Below are positions 1 through 13,363 of a DNA stretch of 39,225 nucleotides, piece by piece. The position numbers were made by a program, and so were the translations under genes. The notes beneath the pieces are model-generated. The model was not told the DNA's origin. It did not search any database and worked only from the letters and a program-made list of their open reading frames with translations. This stretch comes from Pelomyxa schiedti (Eukaryota; Protista; Evosea), in contig JAHLWZ010000949.1 of the NCBI GenBank assembly GCA_020536535.1, forward strand, positions 1-39,225, given 5' to 3'. Numbering within the stretch: position 1 is the stretch's first letter; each line of letters starts with the position of its first letter.

Positions 1-235
1 TCGCTGTGGTCGCCCGGCCCCCCTGCTGTTTCCTCCGAGCCAGCCCCGTCCCCGTCGCCGCAGCCCCCCACGCCGGCCGAATTATCCTCCAGCCCCCCCC
101 CCCACCTCAGCCGCATACCGCACCCCACTGTCCCATTCATTATGTACCCTCCGCCACCACTTGGTCCTCTACCGCGGCCACGTCGACTACGACGGGAGCT
201 CCTGTGGATATCGCTCCCCCACCGTTGGATGACAT
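1..235 (-). CDS. Truncated GC-rich coding end, probably the 5' end of a minus-strand gene running out of the window (strand ambiguous)
   Basis: Minus-strand ATG at 235 gives MSSNGGGAISTGAPVVVDVAAVEDQVVAE followed by a GTACAT donor-like site, then Gly/acidic coding-like sequence. GC-rich 5' ends are the rule in this window. Pro-rich plus-strand frames (e.g. 6..257) are also open, so a plus-strand 3' end cannot be excluded. Confidence 0.3.
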
Positions 236-439
236 ACCTCTGCCGCAGACGAACTGAGGCTCTATCTACTATCTTGCAAATTACCACAAATTATTTACGC
301 TAAGCATCGATTAAACAGTAGTTGCCAAACAAAGAAGTTGTTGTCTAGCAGTAAAAACCCGAAAGAACACGAGGGACTTGTAAAGGAGCAACGCGACTTT
401 TTCCTTTTCTTCCAAACTTGTTTCAAAATACAACAATTC

Positions 440-983
440 ATGGGTCGTGGTATTAAGACTGCTATTTTTTTCTTGTGTGCTGTGGCAGTTGCGTGTGTGG
501 CAATTGATGCAGGTTATGGTTGCATTAAGTACTCCTTCACTTGTTGTGACAATGTGAACTACCAGGTATGAAATTATTTCTCTCTTCCTTTCTGCCACCT
601 CAAGAGATAACTTGCAAAAACAGGTCTTCAGCGTGACAGCACAGACTGAAGATGTCACAACATGTGCTCTTCTTGATTACATGTTTAACAACGACCTCAA
701 GAATGAAACTGAAGAGTGCCAGGATGCCTACAAGAAAGCCTACTGTGTGCTCTCAATCCCGCAATGTTGTTCTACCCAGAACCCTGTAAGTCCCCTCACA
801 ACAGAAACCGCCACGCTCGGCATTTACACACATTCTCCACCACAGGTCGTGTATACCACGTGCCGCTCATTGTGTGAAGATATGTTCGACGCTTGCTCCA
901 GCAATCTCACAACACCGTGTGACTCTGACGATATATGGTACGACCCTCCATGCAATGATGGTTCCGGTGGTCCTTGTCCGTAA
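440..983 (+). CDS. Small secreted cysteine-rich protein, Frizzled/Smoothened-type CRD only (about 141 aa, 3 exons)
   Basis: Exons 440-565, 624-785, 846-983 (phase-0 GT-AG introns 566-623 and 786-845). Hydrophobic signal peptide (IFFLCAVAVACVA), then C...CC...C..AY..AYC.LSIPQCC...TCRSLCEDMFDAC...C, matching the FZ-CRD pattern C-x-x-x-P-x-C...CRSLCE...C. No transmembrane segment. Confidence 0.7.
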
Positions 984-1082
984 TTACCCACAGCGCCATC
1001 TTGTTCTTGTATTAGTACTAAAAAAAACCGAACCGCTCAGGAAGGATCCGCGGTCTGCTGTTTTTTTTTTTATTCTGCCAAA

Positions 1083-3655
1083 ATGGCGAGCGTTGCGGCG
1101 CCCAGTGGGACGAGCACTGGGGAGGTCGTCACCGTCGGTGCGCTGACATTCGTTGTGCACGTAATGGATGCAACTGCGTACGTCGAGCGCGACCTGCGCC
1201 CCTTGCCGGCCCGGCGCGGCGCGCGGCGCACCGCCCCGGGGCTCGAGGGCCCGTTAGACACATCATGTGGTGTAGTGGGACTCCTGATTCCAAACTACGA
1301 CTATCAGCCCCTCCCCCCAGTCTCCAGTCGTGCCTGCTGGCCCCAGTCTCAGTCTCAATCTCAATCTCAATCTCACCCCGTGGAGGATCTTCACGCGAGA
1401 TCTTTGGGGAGTGATGAGAGGCATGAGGCCGTTGGTGGGACTTTGATAACCGCTATTGAGTACTGGGGAAGCTTGGTTGGCGTGGGTTCGGCTGTGCAAA
1501 TGGCCCTGTCGGTAGCTTGCACTTGCCGTCTCATGCGAAAGCTGATTGACTCTGCCGACTGCATGTGGCGCGCCTTTGTAGATTCCCACTGCGGAATTCC
1601 GAGTGTGGAATTTGCCACAAAGAGAGCGCGGCCAAGCCCTGGGCTGTGGAAAACTCTGTACATGGTACTTTGTGCTCATGCGAACAACCGGCGGCCTATG
1701 TTTCACTGCCGTTGCATTTCTGGTGCAGAGAATTCCAAGAACGGGCTGCCCACTACAATTCCACCAGCTGAAAGTATAAAGTTCCTCCTGTATTTGTGGG
1801 ATTTGGGGGAAAACGGCCCTACAACTGCTTAACTGTCAATAAAGTTCCCCTTCGTGGTACCTTTCTGAAGCCTGGCTGTGTCACAATGCAGCAAAATAAA
1901 ATCAACATCCCTATAAGGACCAGGAGGAACCAGGTCAATGTTAGTTTTGACTATGGACCACATAACTTGCAGCCCCCCCCTCTGATAAATTATTGTGTGA
2001 TCGATAGATGGCTGCAATGCCATCCTAATGGCGCAGAATGGATTGGTGTGTTCACTCCTTTGCTTTGAACCCTTCTGTTACCTTGCCAAGATATCCATAT
2101 GGATGGAAGAAGCTTTCTCCTTCAAATACCTAAAAGATGCTTTGCCTCTCTGACTATTGTATCACTACATACTCTTCCTGCTAATTTTAACATTCCACGA
2201 GGCACCTGTAAATGTAATGCATACTGGAGATGCTCAGCTGGTATATCCCAATGCATATCACTGACGCACTTGAATTCTAACTTGCAGAATTTCTACTAAA
2301 CAAGTCTCTACTCCCTATGGCACATAGTGTCTTCACTGGAGAATCTATTCCAATTGAGACTACTGCGTTCACTCTCACCTGTTTTTTAGGTAATTTCTAA
2401 AAAACAAGGTAGACTTTGATATTAGAAAAATAGAGTATTCTACCGCGGACAGGAAAATAAATACCGAGCATCAAGTGCGTATTCACTCCAGGCTGCTCTT
2501 GCCACCAGAGTTGAATGCCCCCTGGTCTTTCTATGAAACAGAGCTTGAACCATTTAAGACAACGTTCACTTTACCTCCAATAAATGAAACTGGTACAGAA
2601 ATACATGCAATCAACCTTATAAAGGTGGATGCCCCTGATTTTTTTGATGCTTGCAACCTCCCTCAAACCGTGGCACCTATTTACCCAACTCCTATTCTGT
2701 TGTCACCTCCATTGATCCGATATGATGGAGGAAATGAATGCTTGAGATTTCAAGTTGGATCAACACCACCCTGCCCGTTGGCACCTTACATCGAAGTCAA
2801 AAACCTTGCGAGTGGTGAAATACTGTGGCCTAAATTGCAAGCTCAACCAAGCTCCACCGGAGAGTGGTGGTACTCAGCAACTATCAGCCAACGGTGCATT
2901 GAGGTGGAGGCAACAGGCAAATATCTTGCCGGTCGTCATAGTCAACTCTTCAAGTTCTACATTCCTCTCTATTACGCTGATATCCACGTGATATATTCCA
3001 AGGGATCCTATCTTGTATTTTCCCTCACACTTTTCAAAAACGGCACAAAGTGCAAGGACATTCAATGTGAACCAGCCAAAGCAAGCCTAGTCTCTCCCGA
3101 TAATACGCCAACAAACGAGGTGTGCATGTCCCACAATCCCGATTCTTCCCTCACCCGTATCACCCACAGATAATTTGGATGACACACACACTCGACGCCA
3201 CGGCCGCCGGAATGGTGCGCGCGCAGCCGGGGAAATACTCTCTCGTAGTATCCTCAACAACGTACAGCCCGGATCCCAACAGAACCCTGGGCACGGCTGA
3301 AATACAAGTCGAGGCGCAATCTGCTTGCGATCTTGCGTGCGAAAATGCTGAACTTCGGGCCAGGGATTGCCACGAATGCACCTGGTGCCAGGAGCTTACG
3401 CAACACCGATGCGTATGGACTTGTGAGGAGTGCAGAGAGATACTGTGCGAGAGATGCAGCCCCAGAATCCGGGATAACCACCGGCACCGCGTCGTTATGC
3501 TCCGGCCCATAAGCGGGCACTGTTGGTGGTGCCACGCCCCGGTCCACGTCGCGGACCCTGTGCTCATAGACGAGTCAACACAGTCCACCGTGTGCCTGGG
3601 GTGTATCCCAAAATGCCACAACTTGCGCCGCTTGAGTTTGATGCTCCAACCATGA
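1083..3655 (+). CDS. Multi-exon hypothetical protein with an F-box-like motif near the N-terminus and a Cys/His-rich zinc-finger-like C-terminus
   Basis: The 1083 ORF has [25 protein letters not shown]...LWKTLY (F-box-like). ORFs at 1796, 2099, 2475 and 3122 can be joined by GT-AG introns (e.g. 3120-3169, phase 0). The C-terminus has CHECTWC...[14 protein letters not shown]...HRH and CWWCH...CLGC. Several internal exon boundaries are uncertain. Confidence 0.55.
1344..1373 (+). repeat. Coding hexamer microsatellite (CAGTCT)2(CAATCT)3 encoding [10 protein letters not shown]
   Basis: Read directly from the sequence. Confidence 0.9.
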
Positions 3656-3711
3656 TCCTGTATCTTTCCCCCATCTTGAAAATTACTGAAAAAAAAAATA
3701 CACGTCAAACG

Positions 3712-4567
3712 ATGGCACTTGCCACGTACCGAATTGTTGTGGTTGGGAGTGGTGGCGTTGGTAAATCGGCCCTTGTTATTCAACTCATAGAGGAGCACTT
3801 CATCGATGGTTTGAGTTCACATTTTTGGACACTGTGTGGTGCTTTTTTGGTTGTCTGAACTCCTCTCTTCCTTGATGAACAGAATACGACCCAACTGCTG
3901 AGAGTGGCGAGTGAATAACAAAATTGAAGGCAAACATTTGGTTTAATTCTGCTTCAGGCGCCGTTGGGTGATTGACAACGACCCCCCTTGTATAATGGAC
4001 ATACTAGATACATGTACCTCTTTTCAGATTATTCCACTGCCGTTCCTCCCAGGATACACGTACTAAGTACTTAAAACCTCCAGGTGAGGAGGATTACAGT
4101 GCAATGAGGGACCAGTATATGCGGACCGCACAATCTTTTATTTTTGTTTATTCCATAACTTCACGGTCTTCCTTGGAGCACTTAATGGTTTTCAGGTATA
4201 TTGCAGCTTAAAATTTGCACGCAGTATATTGTAAGTGACTGTTGTGCAGGGAGTACGCCCAAAGAGCTAAGGATAACACTTATCCAGCCATGGTGTTGTG
4301 CGGTAATAAATACGATTTAGAATCAGAGCGGCGTGTCAGTACAGAGGAGGGAACTCGCTTAGCACTGGATTGGAAATGCCCCTTCAGGTAATATATAACC
4401 GTGTTATACTTCCCTGATTTGCTGCACATTATAGGGAGACATCAGCAAAAACTAGGTTCAATGTAGAGGAAGTTTTCTTTGAAGCAGTACGCGTGATACG
4501 GCGGTATCAGTCCGCACCACCTTTGGACACGAAAAAACCAGAGCACCAAAAGTGTTCGTTAATGTAA
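3712..4567 (+). CDS. ras: Ras-family small GTPase with a CAAX box (divergent switch II)
   Basis: G1 GSGGVGKS, G2 [22 protein letters not shown]4 NKYD, G5 ETSAK and C-terminal KCSLM*, spread over several short-intron exons. Confidence 0.93.
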
Positions 4568-4610
4568 ACAAGTAAGTGAAATGACATTCCAATGAGAATT
4601 TTCTTTTTCC

Positions 4611-6858
4611 TTACGGATTGTTGTGTTGTTGCTCGTTTGATTGTGATTGTGGCGAGCTTGGTGTTGTGGCGTTGATTGCTGTGCAAGCTGAATGAGGGAG
4701 TGTTTTCTTAAGCCTTGTTATTTCTTGACGTTTGGCCTGTCTTCTTTCCTGCTTTGATGCACGATGTGCCTCTTGTTGTCTATGAAGCTCGGCCATATCG
4801 CGTTGTCCTAAGTCGCCGTCGTCTCTGTGATTCCGTTAGAATCCTAGTTGAGAACAATATGTACAGACCTTCTGTAGACATCTTCCATTACAATTTTTGC
4901 GAAGTTGGAAAAAGGTGAGGCCTCACCAGGTGTCTTGGAGAACTGAATTAACCAGTGTGATAAAGAAATAGTTTACATACGGTTTTAGGAAGTGGAATGT
5001 AATCTTTAATTTTCTCCATAACAATGAGGCATCTTCCCCATTTCACGGTCAGTGGTTGTAAACTTGTGCTAACCAAAACCAGACTTGGGTGTTTGGGTAA
5101 ATCTTCCCTGACAAAACTGGAGGAAATTAGAATTTGAACGAAGAGGGAGAAGAGCGAACTTATAAGTGGTTGGAAGCCAATAAGTCAGACGTCCATTGAT
5201 AACAAGGGTTTTTGCAGCCAGTTCAAGTAAATCCCGTAAGACATCTGGAACAGAATAGGCAATGCATTGTGGAACATGGGTTGAGTCACTAAAACAAAAC
5301 CATATTAGCAATAGAGATTAAAAAATGGGAAAGAACCCAGGACGAACGGGTTTTTCAGTGGATTCATCTGTGTTCTTCTTTCCAATTTTTTTGGCACCAG
5401 CACGAACACCATATGGGGCTATGAAAAAGATATAAATGGTGCACTTCTCCAGAGGTAATTTCACTTACGGTCACAAATAATTGCATCTAAAAACGGCCTT
5501 TGGAGCATTGGTGGTAAGGAGTTGTCGCAGGTAATCAAATCAACTAAGAGGTGTTGCAAACCTGTATTCCCGATTAAGGGAAATCAAGAAACAAAAGGAA
5601 TTACCATATTGCGCCATATTGGCTACAGGATTCTTACCTGGAACTGTACTTGTTTTAAAAGTTTGTTGGATTGAAAGGAAAAAAACCTGTGCCACGCAGC
5701 ACAGGAGGAGAAATATCAGCTCCTAGACAATGGGCACCGAAATTGGCACAAGCAACTGGTAACGAGCCTGTAAAAGTTGAGAACAGCGCAACTCGAGCCT
5801 CGAGACATGTTACCTGTTCCAACAAAGGGATCGTATACAAGAGAATTTGGTCCTGCCTTGATTAAAAAAAAAAGTCAACTGGCGTGGTATGATAATTAAA
5901 GGTTACATGTGCCAGATTTGCGATAATGAGACTAAGTTCAGCAGCCATGGATGTGGTCCCAAGGTATACACGCTTTTTAAGGGAATATTTGTCTACCAAA
6001 TGCCGAGAGGCACTGCATATCTTTTTGGAAAGCAAGCGTCAGCAGCTTGATCAAGAGGATGGAGACAAGGACTGACAAGCCTTCCTGGCTAAGTAAATAT
6101 AATTTGGGGCTTCCTCTACATTGCGAGCAGCATTAGCAATTCCCACATTTTCTAGAAGTGCAAATCTTCTTGTGTTTACCGGGTGATATGGCATTCAGGA
6201 AGCCCTTACTTGAAAGTGGGATTTTTTAGGTTGACTGTAGACCTATCCCAGAGTGGCATATTTGAGGTCTTGTGCAACAATTCACGTTGAAATTCTTGTG
6301 TGTAGTGCTTGCCAAAAGCGTGCACCTTGAACGAAAACGTGGAACCATAGAACGGTTCCTTTGGGAAGATGAGAAATACAACGGAATAAAACGAGAAGCG
6401 TGCCATAATGGTTTCTGGAATTGTGTTGATTGCAGCCTCAAGCTGCGGATACGTTTTTGCTTCTGCAAGAACTTGCCAAAACCCTCTAAATCGATTTAAC
6501 GAATCAAGTGGTACGATACAACACAAGTACTTCACAAGAACGCTTCTTTTTCCAATTTCTATCACATCAGCTTCAGATGGCACGTATATATTCATAAAAG
6601 GTGTCTACAAAATAATGTGTTGTGAATATTAATCCCCACAAAAAAAAAGAAAAAAAAAAACAAGATTAGGGTGGACGTTACCATCTTTTCAGGAACCCTA
6701 GAGGACACCAGATCTGCCTCGGCCTGATTATAGACAACATTGACGCCAACAACCTCACCGGATGCCACCAATTCAGGCACACGAAACTCTTCCAGTGTTT
6801 GTGCGAACTCAACAAGGACCCGCTGCAACCCTGGTCTCGCTCCACTGCTTGCCGACAT
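4611..6858 (-). CDS. TRMT11: tRNA (guanine-N2)-methyltransferase Trm11 (m2G10)
   Basis: N-terminal FAQTLEEFRVPEL; SAM-binding region TGSLPVACANFGAHCLGADI; DAIICD|PYGVRAGAKKIG (DPPY-type motif split by an intron); LRDLLELAAKTLVINGRLTYWLPT. Multi-exon. Confidence 0.9.
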
Positions 6859-7106
6859 TCTCAGTGATCAAATTACCAACAATGATCTTACACTCACCGA
6901 ATGGAAATAATGAATTCTTGTCAGACCCCGCTGAGTCCAGGACGATACAATCATTTGTAAGGGCCCAGCTCCACACTGCACCCTGCACCACAGTACCTTT
7001 CGTCTTCCACATTTGGTCCAGGCTGCAATCTCCATCACTTCGCAGCTCGGGCACAATTTCTTTTTTTTTCGCAGCAGCAGCGCCGACAAACTACCAACGC
7101 AGCGAA

Positions 7107-10100
7107 ATGCACAGCACCAACAACGGGAGGGCCACACCCCCCCGCGTAGCCTCAGCTGCGGCGACGCGACACAGCGCCACCGCCTCCTCGCCGTCTCCTG
7201 CCTCCGACGCCACTGCACCGTCACCTCTCCCCCGCCAGCAGCGCCAATCAGCGACCGCAACCACGGCTGCAAGCGCCGCCACCACCACTACGACATCAGA
7301 AACTACAACTGCAGTAGCGACACTGACAAAAACTGGTGGCGGAGGTGCCGCTGAATGCGGAGGCGTCGAGCCCGAAACCCACGAGGAGGGGGAGGGAGGA
7401 GGAGGAGGAGGAGGCGGCGGCGGCGGCGGCGGCGCAGACGGATCCCCGGAGACGCTCGGGGACGGGGACCCGGCGACCAAGGCGGGGGCGGGAGCCGACG
7501 GGGAAGGGTTCTCGTACGCCACCGCGGCGGACGCGTTCGCGCGGAGCGAGAGGGAGTTCAGGGAGGTGCTGGGGGAGCTGTCGGGCGACAAGGGCCTGGA
7601 GAAATTCCGCGCTGAGTACGAGAAGCTGCATAGCGCACTGTGCAAGTCTCATGAGAGTGAAAAGAGCCTGATTAAGAGGCATGTGCTTGTTTGTCTGTGG
7701 AGTGGGTTTTTTTTTTTCTTTTCTTTTCTTTTTTTTTCTCCGTCCCCTTCTCAAATTGAGTTTTCAATCTCCCCCTGCCCTCCTTATGTCATTATTTTCT
7801 TTAACAACGTACCAGGTGTCGTGAATTGAACTCAGAAATTCTATCAAACACAGGCAAAATGCAATTGGCAATGAAAGTTTCACTGGAGGATCAAACCACC
7901 ATTGGTCAGTTACGCAAGGTTCGAATAAATAATTACAAACTTTGTAGTCAATACTGTTTTCCTCTCTTGGAATTGCTGAATAACACCAACACCAGGAATT
8001 GAATGATGTGTGGCAAAAGGTGGAAGTTGCTAACCAGAAGGAAACTGAAGCCAGGGAAACAATACAAAAACTGAAAGAAGAGATTACTGTTCTCTCAAGG
8101 TAACTTGTTTTCAGTGGCCGGCATCCTACGAAAAACCTCTCTTTACTCCTGACCATAGGCAAGTAGAACATGATGTGGGACTTTCGAAAGGGCATGAGAG
8201 CTCTGTCAAGGAACTTGTGACAGCTAATGAGCAACTTACCCAAGGTAGGACCTAGGTTAACTGCTGTTATTTTCATTATATCTAGAAAAGGAAAGTTTGA
8301 AGACACAGATAGAGTCTCTCAAAGCGGAAATTAATTCTTTGACGGAAAAGGTTAAACAAAATACACAGCCCACATTGGCTTAGATATTGCTTCCGCAGAT
8401 TCGTGCTCAAGAATCCCTGCATACGGAGGATGAAGCACAGCTCAAGTCCATTAGAAGCCAGCTCACCACAAAAAATATTGAATCGGAAAAGGAACAGTAC
8501 AGATCTAGATTACTGGATGCTCAAATTAAGGTACGCTACCTTCCCATTTAGTTATCATTTATATAATTTTATTCTTAACAGGATATCAAAATTACCATTG
8601 AAGCCAAATCTCAAGAGATAAAGCAAAAAACTCAACTCCTTGCAACAGCTAATGCACTGACCACAAGTTTGGAGCACCAGCTGGCTGAACAAAAGATGGT
8701 TGTAGAGAAGGCTGAAAAGGTACCTACAATGGTAAAACGGAATGCACATAAATATATGTAGGATCTCAAAGCTCAAAATGATCGTATTGTGAAGCTCACT
8801 CTGGAACTTCAAGAAGAGATAGAGAAAAACACTCAACTTTTGACTGAGAATTCACAAAGAACGATTATAATTAAGGTGGTTTCGTGCCTCACCAACTTGC
8901 ATGTGTTCACTAGAAAATCTCAACTCAGGAAAAAGAGGACAAAATCAAAGAGATGGAGGAAAAAGAACTGGAGCTGAAAAAATATGAAAAGCGGATGGCT
9001 GAACAAATGGAATCCCTTAAAATCCGTGGTGCTCAGGCTGAAGCTACTACAGAGAGTCTCAAAGTTGAAAAGAAAACCTTCTGTCCTCCACATTTACTTC
9101 CTTCAGAGTGAAATTGCAGCCATTACACAAGAGGTCTCCGCTTTGCAGTCCCAACAAAAAAGTGACAGAAAATTGTATGAAGACGTTCTGAGGGAAAGAG
9201 ATCTTCTGCGGAAAAAGGTCCCAACTATTTGCCAACATTTACAGTTAACCCTCTTCCAGTTGATCAAAGCCAACACTGAGACTTCCAAGCAAACCACTTT
9301 GGTTCACACTGCAGAGATGGCCAAGCAAAACCTGGAGCAGGAAATAGAAACATATAAAATTGAAAATCAGAAGCAACGGAAGGTAAAGTATCATTGAGAA
9401 TATCAGTACCAGTATTAATTTAACCTGCAGGAAATTTACCTTCTTGAGCAAGCCAGAGAGAAGTCTGTCACAGGAATTCAGCAGTCCAATGAGACATACA
9501 CCCATGTTCTCTCCCTGAACGATCTTCCGGATGTTCATACTACAAATAGATGGTTGAAGAAGTCAAAGCTCGTGAGATGAGCATTTCTGAGCTACAGAAA
9601 AAGATTGCAGAACAAGAAGCTCAAATTAAACAGCAGAAGGTTTACATCCTGCACAATTAGTCACTTTGTACTCACTCAATTTACTGCTCGTAACAAGTAG
9701 TCACTGTACGATTACCTTCGCAGTGAAAGGAATTCAAGTAGCAAAAGCTTGCTGGAAGCCCAGATGAAAATCGAGGAACAAAAGAAGATATTTGAACAGT
9801 TGCATCAGCAAATCGACCAGCTTAAACAAGATCTCAACGCCAAAGAGCTTGGTATCTTCTTACTCTATTAAGGCGGAAAAAGTTGTTCACAAAACAAAGC
9901 CCAAGTTTCTGAGAAACTTGAATTAGCCAAGTTGAAGAAACGGCGAGAAAATTTCCAGGGTGAAATTGACAAACTGAACAAAAAGACTGTTGAAGCTGAT
10001 CAGACAATTTCTAACCAGGTACTGATACTTTATTTGTGTTGCATGTTTGATCTAAAACATTGTTAGCAAATTGAGATTCAAAGATTGACAAAGATCGTTA

Positions 10101-11800
10101 CTGACCTTGAGAGTACAATCCTGCAACAAAAAAAAGAAAATGAAATCGTGATAAAAGAAAGAGTATTTCCTCAATCTATTTCCACTTTCTTTCAATCCAT
10201 TTGACTGGCAAAAAGGACCTGCTAAAAGAAAAACTTGTTGCACGTGAAAGGCAAATTGGCACTGTGATAGAGCAAGTGGGAATCCAGGAAGCTGGAATCG
10301 CCAATGGTGAAAAGCAATATCGGTCTTGCTAGTTTACCTCAAGTTCCTTTTTCTCACGTCTACAGAGATAAATGTGAAGATATACGTCTGCTGAAAATGA
10401 AAATATCTGACCTCAAACACGAAATAACCACTCTAAAGCCTGCTGTTTCGCAAGTCGAAGTCCTAGAATCCGAGACTTGCCGATTGCAAAAGCAGCTTCT
10501 GACTGAGCAGAACAAAGTTAAGGCTTTGTCTGGTAAACAACTGACTTTCACCTTACAACCCAACAAATGAATCATCTAAGAGGAATTGGAAAATCCGATG
10601 AACCTTCACCGGTGGCGGAAATTGCAGGGCAGTGACCCGAGTGCTTTCGACTCTTTGCATAAGATTCAATCTCTCCAAAAGCGATTAATTGCAAAAACAG
10701 AGCAGGTTAGTTAGAAGGGAGCTAAAAGGACGTTTTCTAATAAAATCAACCAGGTTGCTGAACAGCAACTTGAGATACAAATGAAAACGAAAGAGTTGGC
10801 AGATTTAGAACAGAGAATTGAGCGACAGCCTCCTGTAAAGATGGCCACAATGCAATTAACCTCATACAAGTCTCAGCTGCAAGAAAAAAACCTGCAACTT
10901 ATGGTGAAAACAACTCACCCAAGTCCACACCCTAATTGAATCAAGGCAATGGAGTCTGAACTGCATATGTTCCAAAGCAAGACCGCGGAGTATAGGACTC
11001 AAATAGATTCCCTCACAGATCAACTGCTGTCACTCAAAAGAATGTATTTTGAAGGGAAAAAGCGTGCTGAGCAGCAGTCTCTTTCTTTGTATGCACTTCT
11101 ACTCTTGTAACGTGTCTGACCAAAGCATAGCCGAGAGGAGCTCCGCACACAATCCAGCGGCAGTCATGCCAGCGCTTCACAACAGAAACTCTCTATCACC
11201 GATGTCACAGTTTCTGTTGGCATTGGCACCACACTGACATTCCCAACTCTCACACCCTCACCTATAACAGCCATACACACCAACGCCACTCCGCCCATCT
11301 CTCCAGCCTCCTCAGCAAGAAACCCCAACAGAAGGAGAGCCACGCCGAAATACAGCCCCATGCCTTCCAAAATGTCACCCAAAGCAGCTGTGAATACTGT
11401 AAATAATACAATCACACCAGCCACACCCCAACAAACGCCGCAAATACCACAGCAACAACAACCACCCTCTCCACCACACTCATCACCATCCTCACAGCAC
11501 CACAGACCTGTCTCTGAGAAACCAGAGGCCAAACCGGGTCACCAAATCCAAGCTTCCACACCACCAATCCACAACACAAACATCAACAGTAACAATACTA
11601 ACAGCAACACCAACAATGAACCTACACTTCCTACTACATTGACCCCATTAACAAACCACCCCAAAAGCGGCAGCAAACCATCCTCACCTAAATCCACAAC
11701 ACACATTAACACTAGAGAAACTGTTATCACATCCACATCACCTTCCACTGCAACTTCCCCTGTGTCTTTACCCCCTTTGTCACTAAAGACAAGTTTGTAG
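7107..11800 (+). CDS. CFAP58: Cilia- and flagella-associated protein 58 (CCDC147), coiled coil with long low-complexity N- and C-terminal extensions
   Basis: EREFREVLGELSGDKGLEKFRAEYEKLHSALCKSHESEKSLIKR|CRELNSEI and ELENPMNLHRWRKLQGSDPSAFDSLHKIQSLQKRLIAKTEQV match the two most conserved CFAP58 blocks. About 20 short introns. The last exon (about 11131-11800) is open to the TAG at 11798-11800. Confidence 0.9.
7395..7433 (+). repeat. (GGA)n(GGC)n coding repeat, poly-Gly (13 G) in the CFAP58 N-terminal extension
   Basis: Read directly from the sequence. Confidence 0.9.
7679..7815 (+). other. Non-canonical GC-AG first intron of CFAP58
   Basis: Donor AG|GCATGT and acceptor ACCAG|G restore EKSLIKR-CRELN with no gap against the family motif. 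The only in-phase GT donor nearby would add 6 residues. Confidence 0.7.
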
Positions 11801-11913
11801 AATAAACTAAGTTATGAGAAGAATGGAAACACTCTTTGGTGGTTTTGTTTGCTTTTCTTGAATTATTAATCTGTAGAGTTTTTGTGTTGGTTGCATTGTT
11901 ATCCAACAAACGT

Positions 11914-13021
<1,108 letters not shown>

Positions 13022-13363
13022 TTTCTATTCGGGTGGGTTTCGGTTGGTTTGAGTGGGTTTAGGTGGGCTGCTGTTTGGGGTGGTGTCGCGAGGGTGGCAG
13101 CTCCTTGGGGTTTTTGTTTATTTTTTTTTGGAAATTTCCGGCGGATCTGTTCCGGAAAGCTAATTGCAGTTGGCTTTTCGGGTTTGCGATTAGAAATAAT
13201 AGGCGCAACAGATCCATAGGAGACTGAGGTTTTTTTTTAAAGTTTTGCTTTTGTCACATATAAGAATACGACACAAAGGCAATTCACAATTAATCTGTCT
13301 TTTTTACCTGACAGATTGCTCTATACAAAAAAGTTCAAAACCAGGTGGAATACTGAGGTCAAG

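Noticed and set aside
6762-7106. In-frame upstream extension of the CFAP58 ORF from the ATG at 6762
   Set aside because: It overlaps the TRMT11 first exon on the opposite strand and crosses the T-rich shared promoter region. The ATG at 7107 is the more plausible start.
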